In this document: positions 7,071 through 15,215 of the stretch, in pieces
How the letters are laid out: every line of letters begins with the position of its first letter
Position numbering within the stretch: position 1 is the stretch's first letter
Virus record (IMG/VR): IMGVR_UViG_3300024992_000001
Origin: a virus
Direction: 5' to 3' (one strand)
DNA length: 52,244 bases
Made by a program: the position numbers and the translations under genes
The notes under the pieces: model-generated
Told to the model about the DNA's origin: nothing
Databases searched by the model: none
Seen by the model: the letters and a program-made list of their open reading frames with translations, nothing else

Positions 7071-8888
7071 ATGGAAAAAATCGAACCGGCCAGCCCGGCT
7101 ACAACCTGGTTACATTCGCTTTTTGGAACTAAAAAAAATGACGAATTTTTACTTATTTTCACGTTACCGGGGGAAACTTCGAACTGGTTCAGTAGCCTGG
7201 ACAAAGCAGCGGCTTATGCCGAATCGGCTAAAGACTACAATGTCTATTTCGGAACGGCGCTCAGCCCGGACCCCCGCGAGCTCCTAAAAAAGTACCAGGC
7301 CGAAGAACCGGACAAATATAAAAACAAGTCTATCAACGGTATCCGGTGTAAGGCCGAAGAAACACTCGGCATAGCCGGCCTGTGGGTAGACCTGGACATT
7401 AAAGGCCCCGGCCATAAAAAAACCAACCTGCCCAGGACCGAAGAAGAAGCCCTGGAGATAATCGCCGAACTTCACTTCGAGCCGTCACACCTGGTCTTTT
7501 CCGGCGGCGGCCTGCAAGCCTGGTGGACTTTCCCCGAACTATGGCGCTTCTCCGGGCCGGAAGACCGGCAGCGAGCCGCTCTGCTGGTGGAGCGCTGGCA
7601 GACTTATGTAAAGAAAATTGCGAAAGAGCAGGGCCTGAAGAAAATCGGCCAGCCCTTCGAAGTAGACAGCACTCACGACCTGGCCCGCGTCTTCCGGGTA
7701 CCCGGCACCTTTAACCGCAAAGACCCCAAAAATATTAAGCCGGTCCTTCTGGTCCAGACCGACGAAGCAATTCAAAAATACGAACCGGGAAAAATTGAAA
7801 AATTCCTGGACCAGGAAAAAATCTTCCTGGCTCCCCGCCCGGCCAGGACCAGCGAACCGGACAAAGCCGGGAAGATAAAAAACTTTTCCGGGCCGCTCGC
7901 GCTCCATAAAGACGCGTCACCGGAATTTAACGCCTTCCAGGCCCTGCTCGAAGACGAAGACGACAAGCGCTTCCGGCAAAGCTGGGAACACAAGCGCCGG
8001 GACTTTACCGACCAGTCAACGTCCGGCTACGACCTTTCCCTGGCAACGCTGGCCTTCGGGGCTGACTGGACCCCCCAGGAAGTCACTAACCTGGTTATAG
8101 CCCACAGGCGCAAGTGGAACGAAGACCTGAAGCTGGACCGGCCCGATTACTACCAACGAACAATTACCAGGGCCCAGGAAGCTTTCGCCGCCGGCAACAC
8201 AACTCCCGAAATGCTGGCCGACCAGACCAGGGACGCCCGGTCCGGCCAGAAGGAACCCATTTCAGCGGAAAAAAGAAAGGAGATTCTAGATGACCTTAGC
8301 GCAACCTTCGGGGTCGAAGTCAACGGCTGGTACAAACTGGCTGGAAGCCCTGAGACTTACATTATCGAAATTGATAGACTCCGCGTTGTCATTGGCACAG
8401 CGGATAGTGTCCTTAATCCAAAAGCTTTTGCCAGAGCAGTTTATTCGGCCTTCGACTTCGCTTTACCGACCTTTAAGCCCAAAACCTGGCAGGGAGTCGT
8501 CAACAAACTTGGCAAGATTAAAACTGACCTGGTACCGGATGAAACCGAAACAGAAGAAGGGTTACTCAGCTATTGGTTACGAAAATACCTGGCCGAGAAA
8601 CCGATACTTGAAAACGCGGTAGAAGGTATAGGCGAAGGGCAGCCCTGGTATCACAAAGACGGCAGGGTCTGTTTTCAAATCCAGGAATTCAGGAAATATC
8701 TCCAGGTCTACCGCGTAAACGAATTTAAGACTTTTACCAAAATTCTTAACAACATCGGGGCCGAATACGACTCTAGCAAAATCGCAATCGGCCCGGACCA
8801 GTACATTGGCCGCGCTAAATGGATTTTACCCTGGGCCTTCTCTAACAAGCAGCCCCAGGCCGAACAGGAGCAAGAAGATGAACAGTAA
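7071..8888 (+). CDS. Archaeo-eukaryotic-type primase-polymerase (prim-pol) with a C-terminal helical/primase-C-like region (605 aa)
   Basis: GLWVDLDIKG (DxD), SGGGLQAWW and FRVPGTFNRK motifs are present. The size and position fit a replication module. Confidence 0.75.
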   Translation: MEKIEPASPATTWLHSLFGTKKNDEFLLIFTLPGETSNWFSSLDKAAAYAESAKDYNVYFGTALSPDPRELLKKYQAEEPDKYKNKSINGIRCKAEETLGIAGLWVDLDIKGPGHKKTNLPRTEEEALEIIAELHFEPSHLVFSGGGLQAWWTFPELWRFSGPEDRQRAALLVERWQTYVKKIAKEQGLKKIGQPFEVDSTHDLARVFRVPGTFNRKDPKNIKPVLLVQTDEAIQKYEPGKIEKFLDQEKIFLAPRPARTSEPDKAGKIKNFSGPLALHKDASPEFNAFQALLEDEDDKRFRQSWEHKRRDFTDQSTSGYDLSLATLAFGADWTPQEVTNLVIAHRRKWNEDLKLDRPDYYQRTITRAQEAFAAGNTTPEMLADQTRDARSGQKEPISAEKRKEILDDLSATFGVEVNGWYKLAGSPETYIIEIDRLRVVIGTADSVLNPKAFARAVYSAFDFALPTFKPKTWQGVVNKLGKIKTDLVPDETETEEGLLSYWLRKYLAEKPILENAVEGIGEGQPWYHKDGRVCFQIQEFRKYLQVYRVNEFKTFTKILNNIGAEYDSSKIAIGPDQYIGRAKWILPWAFSNKQPQAEQEQEDEQ

Positions 8889-9357
8889 AGAAAAAGCCGG
8901 GTATGACCTGGGCGTTCAGCTTTTCCAGGCCGCTACGCTGTTAGCTCTCCGGTCCGGTGTAAGCAAGTTTTTTCTCGAAGGTGAGCTTAAAGATATTGAA
9001 GCCAGGTACCAGCGAGAAAGTTTGAATACTCTTCGCCTGGAGAAACACTGTACCTGCCCGGAAGGTCACCCGGAAATTATTCAATCTGATTGCCCGATTC
9101 ACTGGGAAACCTACCGGCGAAATAACTGTATTTGCATGGGGGGAAGGACTAAAGACTGCCTCTTTCATGGTGGCAATAACTGTCTTTGCCTGGTAACGAA
9201 CGGTATCCGACAGCCTAACGGAGCTAACAACTGCCCGGAACACCAGTACAAAACTATCACTGTTAACTATTGGTTTGAGAAATCTGTAAGAGCCTTTATA
9301 GACAAACTCAATAAGGAAAACCCCTACCCGGAAGACATTATCGGAAATATAGGTTAA
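8878..9357 (+). CDS. Hypothetical Cys/His-rich protein (159 aa; internal ATG chosen)
   Basis: ATG 8878 overlaps the prim-pol stop. Multiple C/H clusters are present (CTCPEGHPE..CPIH..CICMGG..CLFHGG..CLC..CPEH). Confidence 0.5.
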   Translation: MNSKEKAGYDLGVQLFQAATLLALRSGVSKFFLEGELKDIEARYQRESLNTLRLEKHCTCPEGHPEIIQSDCPIHWETYRRNNCICMGGRTKDCLFHGGNNCLCLVTNGIRQPNGANNCPEHQYKTITVNYWFEKSVRAFIDKLNKENPYPEDIIGNIG

Positions 9358-9359
9358 AC

Positions 9360-9593
9360 ATGAGTAACTTTAAGAAGAGGCTTCAAATTCAAGAACCGGA
9401 AATTGAAGAGTGTAAATGTTACTTTACCCAGGGCCCTTTTTTAATCCTTAACCTGGAATGTCAACATCACCAGGATAAACTTGCTGAAATCTTCAAACTT
9501 CCTGCCGGTGTTGAAAAACAAGATAAGTTGAATGATTTTTACCAGGAAATCCAGCTTACCCAGGAGTTGAGAGAAAGCGGGTTACTTGAATGA
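9360..9593 (+). CDS. Hypothetical protein (77 aa)
   Basis: ORF track. ATGA coupling to the helicase gene. Confidence 0.5.
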   Translation: MSNFKKRLQIQEPEIEECKCYFTQGPFLILNLECQHHQDKLAEIFKLPAGVEKQDKLNDFYQEIQLTQELRESGLLE

Positions 9594-11272
9594 AAGAGTT
9601 TGTTATAGCCGGACCGCCCGGCACCGGGAAAACTTCGGAGATAAAAAAGATTGTCCAGGCCATGCTCGCCGGCGGGAAGGTTAAGAATTACGAAATCGGC
9701 CTGACCAGCTTCACGAAGGCCGGGGCCGTCGAACTGACCGGCGGTAACCCGGTGCCGGGCTCCTGTATCGGTACGCTTCACTCTTTCGCCTTCCGGGGCC
9801 TGGGCCTGGAAAAAGACCAGGTAGCGGAAAGTCACCTGGAAATCTGGAACTCCGAAAATCCCCAGTACCGGCTCAACGACGGTTTTAAAACAGCCAACCC
9901 GGACGACGCCGGCATGGTCGAAAACCCGGCGGCAACCGAAGCCGACCAGATTTACAGCCAGTACAACATCTGCCGGGCCCGGCTTATAAAGCACGATCTC
10001 CAGCCGCCCCAGGTACAACGCTTCGCGGCCAGGTGGGAAGCCTGGAAGAAAGAACATAGCTTCTTTGACTTCGCCGACATGATTGACCTGGCTTTCGAAA
10101 GCGTTCAAGAAATGCCGGTGCATTACTCCGAAGGCTCGAAGAAATGGACCGGGCCCAAAGTCCTCTTCGGTGACGAATTCCAGGATTTTACCCGCGCTGA
10201 GCGCCGGTTATTCGACAAATGGGCCCGCCCTGTGGAAATGGCGCTCAAAGTCGGAGACGCCGATCAGACCCTTTATTATTTCAAAGGGGCTGACCCGGAC
10301 GGCATGTACCGGCCCGAACTGCCGGACATGCAAAAACGTTCCCTTAAACAATCACACCGGGTACCGGTAGCAGTCCACAGGGCAGCCGTAGCCCTGATAA
10401 ACCGGATTAAACACCGCGAACAAATTGATTACCTACCGACCGGCGTCGAAGGTTCGGTAGGACAACTGGAGTGCGATTTCAATCACCCGGAGAGATTAAT
10501 TAAGCGGGTAGAAAAAGACCTGGCCGAAGGGATGACCGTCGGTATAATGGCCCCCTGCTCTTACCAGTTAAAAAGTATCCTGGCCGTCCTTCGTAAAGAA
10601 GGAATCCCCTTCTGTAATACTTACCGTCTTACTCGCGGAGACTGGAACCCGGTAAAGACCGGCGGCAAGAGCACCAGCTCCGCCGAACGATTGGCCGCCT
10701 TCCTGAACCCCTGGTACACCGGAGACAGCTTTAAGAAATGGGCCAGCCTGCTCGACAGCAAAGAAGCCCTGGAGCACGGCCAGAAAACTGTAATCGAACA
10801 CCTGGAAGGGGTCGACCTGCTGAGCGTTGAAACGGTCCTGAAAATGATTAAACCACAGGCGCTCGCCGAACTTATGACGCTTTCACTCGAAGACCTGCCC
10901 GGCCTGGCCGTCACTCCGCAAGAATTTTTAAAAGACCTGGTCCAGCCGGACATTCAAGTCTTCCATAGAATGATGACGAAAGCCGCGGCTACCGCTATGG
11001 AATTCCCGGTAAAAATAGCCGCGAAGCAGGGCGCGAAGGCCCTGGCCGGGCCCTATAAGCTCCAGGTCGGCACGATTCATTCGTTCAAAGGCGGTCAATT
11101 CGATTCGACTTATATCATACCGGACCTGAGCGCGAAGGGCGCCCAGGAAGCCCAGAGCAGCCGAGCCAGTCGAGACGCCGTTATTCGAATGTTTTATGTA
11201 GCGCTTACCCGCGCTCGCTTAAAAGCAACTATCCTGGCCCCTGGCTCTCCCTGGGGATATAAGGTGCTGTAA
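9590..11272 (+). CDS. SF1 (UvrD/PcrA/RecD-like) DNA helicase (560 aa)
   Basis: The translation contains AGPPGTGKTS (Walker A), LFGDEFQDFT (motif II), SHRVP, GTIHSFKGGQFD and FYVALTRAR. Confidence 0.85.
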   Translation: MKEFVIAGPPGTGKTSEIKKIVQAMLAGGKVKNYEIGLTSFTKAGAVELTGGNPVPGSCIGTLHSFAFRGLGLEKDQVAESHLEIWNSENPQYRLNDGFKTANPDDAGMVENPAATEADQIYSQYNICRARLIKHDLQPPQVQRFAARWEAWKKEHSFFDFADMIDLAFESVQEMPVHYSEGSKKWTGPKVLFGDEFQDFTRAERRLFDKWARPVEMALKVGDADQTLYYFKGADPDGMYRPELPDMQKRSLKQSHRVPVAVHRAAVALINRIKHREQIDYLPTGVEGSVGQLECDFNHPERLIKRVEKDLAEGMTVGIMAPCSYQLKSILAVLRKEGIPFCNTYRLTRGDWNPVKTGGKSTSSAERLAAFLNPWYTGDSFKKWASLLDSKEALEHGQKTVIEHLEGVDLLSVETVLKMIKPQALAELMTLSLEDLPGLAVTPQEFLKDLVQPDIQVFHRMMTKAAATAMEFPVKIAAKQGAKALAGPYKLQVGTIHSFKGGQFDSTYIIPDLSAKGAQEAQSSRASRDAVIRMFYVALTRARLKATILAPGSPWGYKVL

Positions 11273-11511
11273 TGCCTGAAATAAATATTGGAGACATTAT
11301 CGAATTTTTTTCACCGGATGATAAAGCCTGGTTAACCGGTAAAGTATTGTATATCGAAGAAAAGCATAACCCAGGAGCCCGTAAAGCTTCAGAAGCCTGG
11401 GTAAAAACCGCTTACCTGGAAACTCCTGGGCTCTGGGAAAAGAAAATTTATGGTATTCGGCTGGACAAATTAAAAGAGCTTATAAATTACGGCCACGTGA
11501 TTCAATATTGA
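11272..11511 (+). CDS. Hypothetical protein (79 aa)
   Basis: TAATG coupling to the helicase gene. Confidence 0.55.
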   Translation: MPEINIGDIIEFFSPDDKAWLTGKVLYIEEKHNPGARKASEAWVKTAYLETPGLWEKKIYGIRLDKLKELINYGHVIQY

Positions 11512-11518
11512 GGCTGAA

Positions 11519-11785
11519 ATGAAGCAACTATTTTATTCAAGAAAGCAGTTTTCCCTGGGTAAAAACGTTATATCTATTCAAAATTCAGGAGCGTTCCGGT
11601 ATAACGAACTTTTTCTAGGTATCTCCTGGCGGGTTAATAAATGGTTTAATAATGATAAAAAGAGGAAACAAGAGAATAAACCTTATTCTTACGACCTTCA
11701 AATATGGATTTACCTTTTACCAGGGTTAAGCTTTTTAACGACAATTACCATTTACCCTAACAGCTTAAAGGTGATGCATGAGTAG
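11519..11785 (+). CDS. Doubtful hypothetical ORF in a visibly AT-rich stretch (88 aa)
   Basis: ORF track only. Its composition differs from the flanks and the protein is low-complexity. Confidence 0.3.
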   Translation: MKQLFYSRKQFSLGKNVISIQNSGAFRYNELFLGISWRVNKWFNNDKKRKQENKPYSYDLQIWIYLLPGLSFLTTITIYPNSLKVMHE

Positions 11786-12143
11786 GATTACGACCGAAGA
11801 AGGTCTGGAGAACGCCTTTATAAAACTCTTAAAAGGTTGGCAGGCCCAGGGTAAACCGGTCTTTCAATTCAAGGGTAACCCTACTTTTGATAAGGGGATA
11901 GTTGACCGCCTGGTCTGTTACTACGGTATTTTCGTTGCTATCGAGTTAAAGAAGCCTGGCCGGATAACTCACCCGGACGGCACCAGGAAGAAAACCTTTC
12001 GGCCCAGCTCGCCGACCGAGGCACTTCAGGCCCTTTTTATAGATGAAGTAAGACGGGGTAAGGGCTACGGTGATTTCTTCGATAATCTCGAAGAAATTGT
12101 TAAATTCTTCGAAATGATTCACGAAAAAGAGTGTCTTAACTAA
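11778..12143 (+). CDS. VRR-NUC / PD-(D/E)xK-type nuclease (121 aa)
   Basis: GIVDRLV...GIFVAIELKKPG...ALQALFIDEV matches the D...ExK...Q core pattern of VRR-NUC domains. This family is a common partner of phage SNF2 helicases. Confidence 0.65.
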   Translation: MSRITTEEGLENAFIKLLKGWQAQGKPVFQFKGNPTFDKGIVDRLVCYYGIFVAIELKKPGRITHPDGTRKKTFRPSSPTEALQALFIDEVRRGKGYGDFFDNLEEIVKFFEMIHEKECLN

Positions 12144-12157
12144 ATCCTTTTAGGAAA

Positions 12158-12193
12158 TTAACAATTGACAGTGTATTAACCCTTAGTTATTAT
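12158..12193 (+). promoter_or_regulatory. Operator-over-promoter site 2
   Basis: TTAACAATTGACAGTGTATTAA (12158-12179). TTGACA (12165-12170), a 17-nt spacer, then TATTAT (12188-12193). Confidence 0.65.
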
Positions 12194-12205
12194 AAAGGTG
12201 ATTGT

Positions 12206-12481
12206 ATGCAGGATAATAACCAGCAGCCCGGCCCGGACCATTACTCCGTCGAACATAGCTACGGGGTAATGAATATTCTAAGTTGTGCTTTTTTAATTCA
12301 AGAAGATGGGAACAATATTGCAGTCGCTTACGTAAATAAGGCCGGACAAACAATTTTTCTGGCCGAGCCGAACTGGCCCGGAAGCATGCAGGTTGTACAA
12401 GAGATATTCTCCAAATTTCTACAAGAGTTGAAAAGGCTCCAGGAAGAGAGTCCAGGGGCGCGAAACCCCGGCCTGAACTGA
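12206..12481 (+). CDS. Hypothetical protein (91 aa)
   Basis: First ORF after promoter site 2. AAGGTGA RBS. Confidence 0.55.
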   Translation: MQDNNQQPGPDHYSVEHSYGVMNILSCAFLIQEDGNNIAVAYVNKAGQTIFLAEPNWPGSMQVVQEIFSKFLQELKRLQEESPGARNPGLN

Positions 12482-12493
12482 AAGGTTAAACAG

Positions 12494-12811
12494 ATGACAG
12501 CAGCGATATTAATGGAAAATGAACAGTCTACCGAGCCTAAAACCTTTATCGAATGGCTTCAACAAAAAAAAGAGCAGTTTGAACTGGATTACGATTCCGA
12601 ACTGGCCGAACGCCTGGGCCTTTATGAAGAGACCGTTAACCGGCTTTTCTCAGGTAAACAAAACCCCTCTGCTTCTAACGTTCAAACCATCATCGAAAAA
12701 TTAAAATTAAGAGAAGGCAGCGCTGAATATAATCTTCTTCTCAAACTTGCTCACGAAGCCCGGTATAAATCCGAGCGGGCCTGGAGACGCCCTAACCGAA
12801 AATCAAATTAG
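12494..12811 (+). CDS. XRE/Cro-CI-like helix-turn-helix regulator (105 aa)
   Basis: SELAERLGLYEETVNRLFSGKQNPSASNVQTIIEKL fits the HTH_XRE pattern. It is a candidate binder of the dispersed operators. Confidence 0.55.
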   Translation: MTAAILMENEQSTEPKTFIEWLQQKKEQFELDYDSELAERLGLYEETVNRLFSGKQNPSASNVQTIIEKLKLREGSAEYNLLLKLAHEARYKSERAWRRPNRKSN

Positions 12812-12835
12812 CCTTTTCTGGCTACTACTAAAATA

Positions 12836-12865
12836 TTGACTCGCCCTTAGTTTAAATGTAAAAAT
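12836..12865 (+). promoter_or_regulatory. Putative operator-free promoter of the membrane-protein moron
   Basis: TTGACT (12836-12841), a 17-18 nt spacer, then TGTAAAAAT (extended -10-like). No TTAACAC/GTATTAA half-sites. Confidence 0.45.
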
Positions 12866-12921
12866 AATAGGTAGTCTTTTCAAAAACGCTTCGGCAAGAG
12901 TAAAAAGGATTACCTATTTTT

Positions 12922-13650
12922 ATGTCAACTTCACAGAATCCACAGGCAGGACCAGACCGCCCCGCTGGTCAACCGCAACCGCCTCAACAACAATTTTACC
13001 CCCAGCAGACCCAACAGTACCCGCCTCAATATCAACAACCCCAGTATCAACAACCTTACTATCCCCCGCCGGCAGCTCCGGCGCCCAGGAAAAAAGGTTT
13101 TCCCTGGTGGGGCTGGTTACTGGTGGTCATTGTTGCCCTGGTCGTTATAAGCGCCGTCGCAACCAGCGCGAACAAAGGCACCGCAACCGCAACTGCTACG
13201 GCAGCGCCGGCGGCGGCTCAGCCGACCGCTGCCGCTCCTACTGCCGGCCAGGCCGCAACGGTCGGTAAAATCGGCCAGACCATGACCCTTAAAGGCTACC
13301 AGATAACCGTTAACGGTATCGAGAAGAAAGACAACTTCGGCACCAGCGATTTTACCAAGGCTAAAGACGGCAATACCTTTATCGCGGTCGACCTGACCGT
13401 TGCCAGTACCCAGGACAAAGGAGTTAACCCGAACGGGCTTTCCGCAACCCTTAAAGACGGTAACGGCTATAAATATTCCATTAAGCCGACCGGTTACAAA
13501 GAACCGCTCTTCCCCGGCCAGAACGACCTTCCCGCCGGCGATAAAGTCCGGGGCTGGGTTACTTACGAAGTACCTAAAAATGCTACCGGCCTGGTCCTGG
13601 AGTATACCCCGCTCCTGGATAGCGGCCTGGTCCGAATAGCACTGGATTAA
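12922..13650 (+). CDS. Membrane-anchored protein with a Pro/Gln-rich N-terminus and a DUF4352-like Ig-fold ectodomain (242 aa)
   Basis: PQQ-rich N-terminus, one TM (WWGWLLVVIVALVVISAV) and an Ala/Thr linker. The beta-rich C-domain reads FIAVDLTV...GDKVRGWVTYEVP. Confidence 0.65.
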   Translation: MSTSQNPQAGPDRPAGQPQPPQQQFYPQQTQQYPPQYQQPQYQQPYYPPPAAPAPRKKGFPWWGWLLVVIVALVVISAVATSANKGTATATATAAPAAAQPTAAAPTAGQAATVGKIGQTMTLKGYQITVNGIEKKDNFGTSDFTKAKDGNTFIAVDLTVASTQDKGVNPNGLSATLKDGNGYKYSIKPTGYKEPLFPGQNDLPAGDKVRGWVTYEVPKNATGLVLEYTPLLDSGLVRIALD

Positions 13651-13658
13651 CATAACTA

Positions 13659-13694
13659 AAAATAACCGGCTGGTTCTCAGCCGGTTATTTTTAT
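13659..13694 (+). terminator. Intrinsic terminator
   Basis: AAAATAACCGGCTG-gttct-CAGCCGGTTATTTTT. Long perfect stem plus a T-run. Confidence 0.8.
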
Positions 13695-13703
13695 GCCCAT
13701 TAA

Positions 13704-13739
13704 TTAACACTTGACAGGGTATTAATTTTAGAGTACCAT
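13704..13739 (+). promoter_or_regulatory. Operator-over-promoter site 3
   Basis: TTAACACTTGACAGGGTATTAA (13704-13725). TTGACA (13711-13716), a 17-nt spacer, then TACCAT. Confidence 0.6.
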
Positions 13740-13747
13740 ACTAGCAT

Positions 13748-13765
13748 TAAAGCAATATTGCTTTA
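13748..13765. promoter_or_regulatory. 18-bp perfect palindrome TAAAGCAATATTGCTTTA between tandem operator-promoters 3 and 4
   Basis: Read directly. The function is unknown. It could be a second regulator site. Confidence 0.4.
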
Positions 13766-13818
13766 GTGTTATAACAGCCCTGAAGTAAATGTAAATGTGT
13801 AAGTTGTTGCGCTTTACC

Positions 13819-13854
13819 TTAACACTTGACAGGGTATTAATCTATTGCTAGTAT
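13819..13854 (+). promoter_or_regulatory. Operator-over-promoter site 4
   Basis: TTAACACTTGACAGGGTATTAA (13819-13840), identical to site 3. TTGACA, a 17-nt spacer, then TAGTAT (13849-13854). Confidence 0.7.
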
Positions 13855-13909
13855 ACAACTATCAATTTACAATTGATTAAACTTTTTAATATTTGAGCAG
13901 GAGAAAAAG

Positions 13910-14032
13910 ATGCCTGGCCGTTGTGTTTATTGCAAAGGTAAGGGAACTGAGTTTCATCGTGACCTGGGCTGGCTCTGTGCCTTCTGCGCGAAAAGGAAAA
14001 AGTTTATTTTAAGAAAGTGGGTCTCCAGATGA
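13910..14032 (+). CDS. Hypothetical zinc-ribbon mini-protein (40 aa, below the ORF-track cutoff)
   Basis: Read by eye. GGAG RBS. The product is MPGRCVYCKGKGTEFHRDLGWLCAFCAKRKKFILRKWVSR. The stop overlaps the next ATG. Confidence 0.5.
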   Translation: MPGRCVYCKGKGTEFHRDLGWLCAFCAKRKKFILRKWVSR

Positions 14033-14136
14033 ATTTTAACATTTTCGAAGTCCTTAACCTGGTCGTTGCTTTCGTCGTCGTTCTCGGCCCCCTGGTTATC
14101 CTGCATGCCTATTTTGGCAAGAAACGGAACGGTTAA
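14029..14136 (+). CDS. Hypothetical single-TM peptide (35 aa, below the ORF-track cutoff)
   Basis: Read by eye. The product is MNFNIFEVLNLVVAFVVVLGPLVILHAYFGKKRNG. It is ATGA-coupled to the previous ORF, and the next ATG follows 1 nt after its stop. Confidence 0.4.
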   Translation: MNFNIFEVLNLVVAFVVVLGPLVILHAYFGKKRNG

Positions 14137-14137
14137 C

Positions 14138-14653
14138 ATGAATCAGGACATAAAGTTCGAGGTTGTGCCCAAAGAGTTCGAGATTGCCAAATTACCCGTG
14201 CAATCGCTCCAGAAGACGCTGCTCGAAGCCCTGGCCTACCAGGCCGGGCAGAAGTACAAAAAAAACCCGGTAAAATCGAGCATCTATCTGGATTTCTACG
14301 CCGACCGGCAGGAGATAACTGTCGGCTGCTTCGAGCCGGCGAAGTTCTGGACCGTACCGGTACATTTCTCAAAGGCCGATGACTACCAGGTTCTTTTGAG
14401 CCGGACCGCCGCCGGCGCGCTGGTCCGGCTCCTGGCAAAACTCACTCTGCACGGCCTGTGGATTTCTGTACGCAAGGCTACCTGGCAAATTAACTTCTAC
14501 AGCACCCAGGAACGCCAGCTAAGCGTCGTTTCGATTAAGGCTGGTTCAAATGCTTTCCGTAAAGCATACAGGGCCTTAGAACGGCCCCTGACCAGTCCTC
14601 TTCTTCTTTCCGACACCGAGTTAAGTAAAATTAAAGAAGAAGTATTTGCTTAA
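14138..14653 (+). CDS. Hypothetical protein (171 aa; internal ATG of ORF 14066-14653 chosen)
   Basis: ATG 14138 fits the tight packing. No motif recognised. Confidence 0.55.
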   Translation: MNQDIKFEVVPKEFEIAKLPVQSLQKTLLEALAYQAGQKYKKNPVKSSIYLDFYADRQEITVGCFEPAKFWTVPVHFSKADDYQVLLSRTAAGALVRLLAKLTLHGLWISVRKATWQINFYSTQERQLSVVSIKAGSNAFRKAYRALERPLTSPLLLSDTELSKIKEEVFA

Positions 14654-14667
14654 AATAGCACACTATT
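14654..14667. promoter_or_regulatory. Palindrome AATAG-N4-CTATT (AATAGCACACTATT), second copy of the parA-promoter motif
   Basis: It lies immediately after the stop codon at 14651-14653. TAAAATAGCAC is shared with 198-208. Confidence 0.4.
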
Positions 14668-14705
14668 ATTTACTTCTTTAAGCTCAGAATAGTACATTTA
14701 TTCTA

Positions 14706-14740
14706 AAAACTATTGACAGGGTATTAATTTAGTAGATAAT
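14706..14740 (+). promoter_or_regulatory. Operator-over-promoter site 5 (left half-site degenerate)
   Basis: AAAACTATTGACAGGGTATTAA. TTGACA (14713-14718), a 16-nt spacer, then GATAAT (14735-14740). Confidence 0.5.
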
Positions 14741-14787
14741 AAGTTCTAAATAACACGCAATTCTGTTTTATCCTTTTGCGAACGGAA

Positions 14788-14823
14788 TTAACACTTGCAC
14801 AAGTATCAATCTATTAACAATAT
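14788..14823 (+). promoter_or_regulatory. Operator-over-promoter site 6 (variant)
   Basis: TTAACACTTGCACAAGTATCAA (14788-14809). The -35 is TTGCAC and the -10 region is A/T-rich (CAATATAT). Confidence 0.5.
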
Positions 14824-14875
14824 ATGATGATAAAATATAATAGATTGAGAATTGATAAGGAAGGAGTAACGATTT

Positions 14876-15166
14876 ATGGCAACTAATTTAGCAGCCCCCG
14901 CTCCAGCAGTAAAAGTTAAATACAGCCTTTTCGTCAGTTTCGGTAACCGGTCCGGTTTCGGTACCGGCGCGGTGGACCTGCCCGAAGCCCGCAAGAAAAT
15001 TCTCCAGGCGGCCAAAGATTTCGCTCACCATGACAATCTGGATTTCGAGCTGACCGAAGTCTGCGAAAACTGCGAAGGCCGGGGCTATAAGAAGACCGGA
15101 AAAGGCGGGATTGTTATCGTCAACTGCGTAAAGTGCAACGGCACCGGCGGCACCAGAATCCTTTAA
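14876..15166 (+). CDS. Small protein with a DnaJ-type CxxCxGxG zinc-finger pair (96 aa)
   Basis: CENCEGRG and CVKCNGTG repeats. Strong RBS (AAGGAAGGAG). Confidence 0.6.
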   Translation: MATNLAAPAPAVKVKYSLFVSFGNRSGFGTGAVDLPEARKKILQAAKDFAHHDNLDFELTEVCENCEGRGYKKTGKGGIVIVNCVKCNGTGGTRIL

Positions 15167-15171
15167 TTGAG

Positions 15172-15215
15172 ATATTGAAATAGCATTACTCTAGTATTAC
15201 TTAAATGCTATTTCA
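15172..15215. promoter_or_regulatory. 12-bp inverted repeat TGAAATAGCATT-N16-AATGCTATTTCA; the left arm is part of a 16-mer identical to 294-309
   Basis: Read directly. No T-run follows, so a protein-binding site is more likely than a terminator. Confidence 0.45.

Noticed and set aside
12519-12704. 61-aa alternative-frame ORF inside the XRE-like gene. Similar nested same-strand ORFs lie at 4078-4314, 6395-6712, 24802-25338, 26570-26830, 32442-32822 and 47747-47980.
   Set aside because: They are nested in stronger ORFs that carry motifs or translational coupling. Their products are low-complexity and nothing suggests overprinting.
13910-14136. Type I toxin-like or toxin-antitoxin reading of the 40-aa zinc-ribbon and 35-aa TM-peptide pair.
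   Set aside because: The only evidence is small size and one hydrophobic helix. There is no antisense RNA promoter or characteristic motif. They are reported simply as small ORFs.
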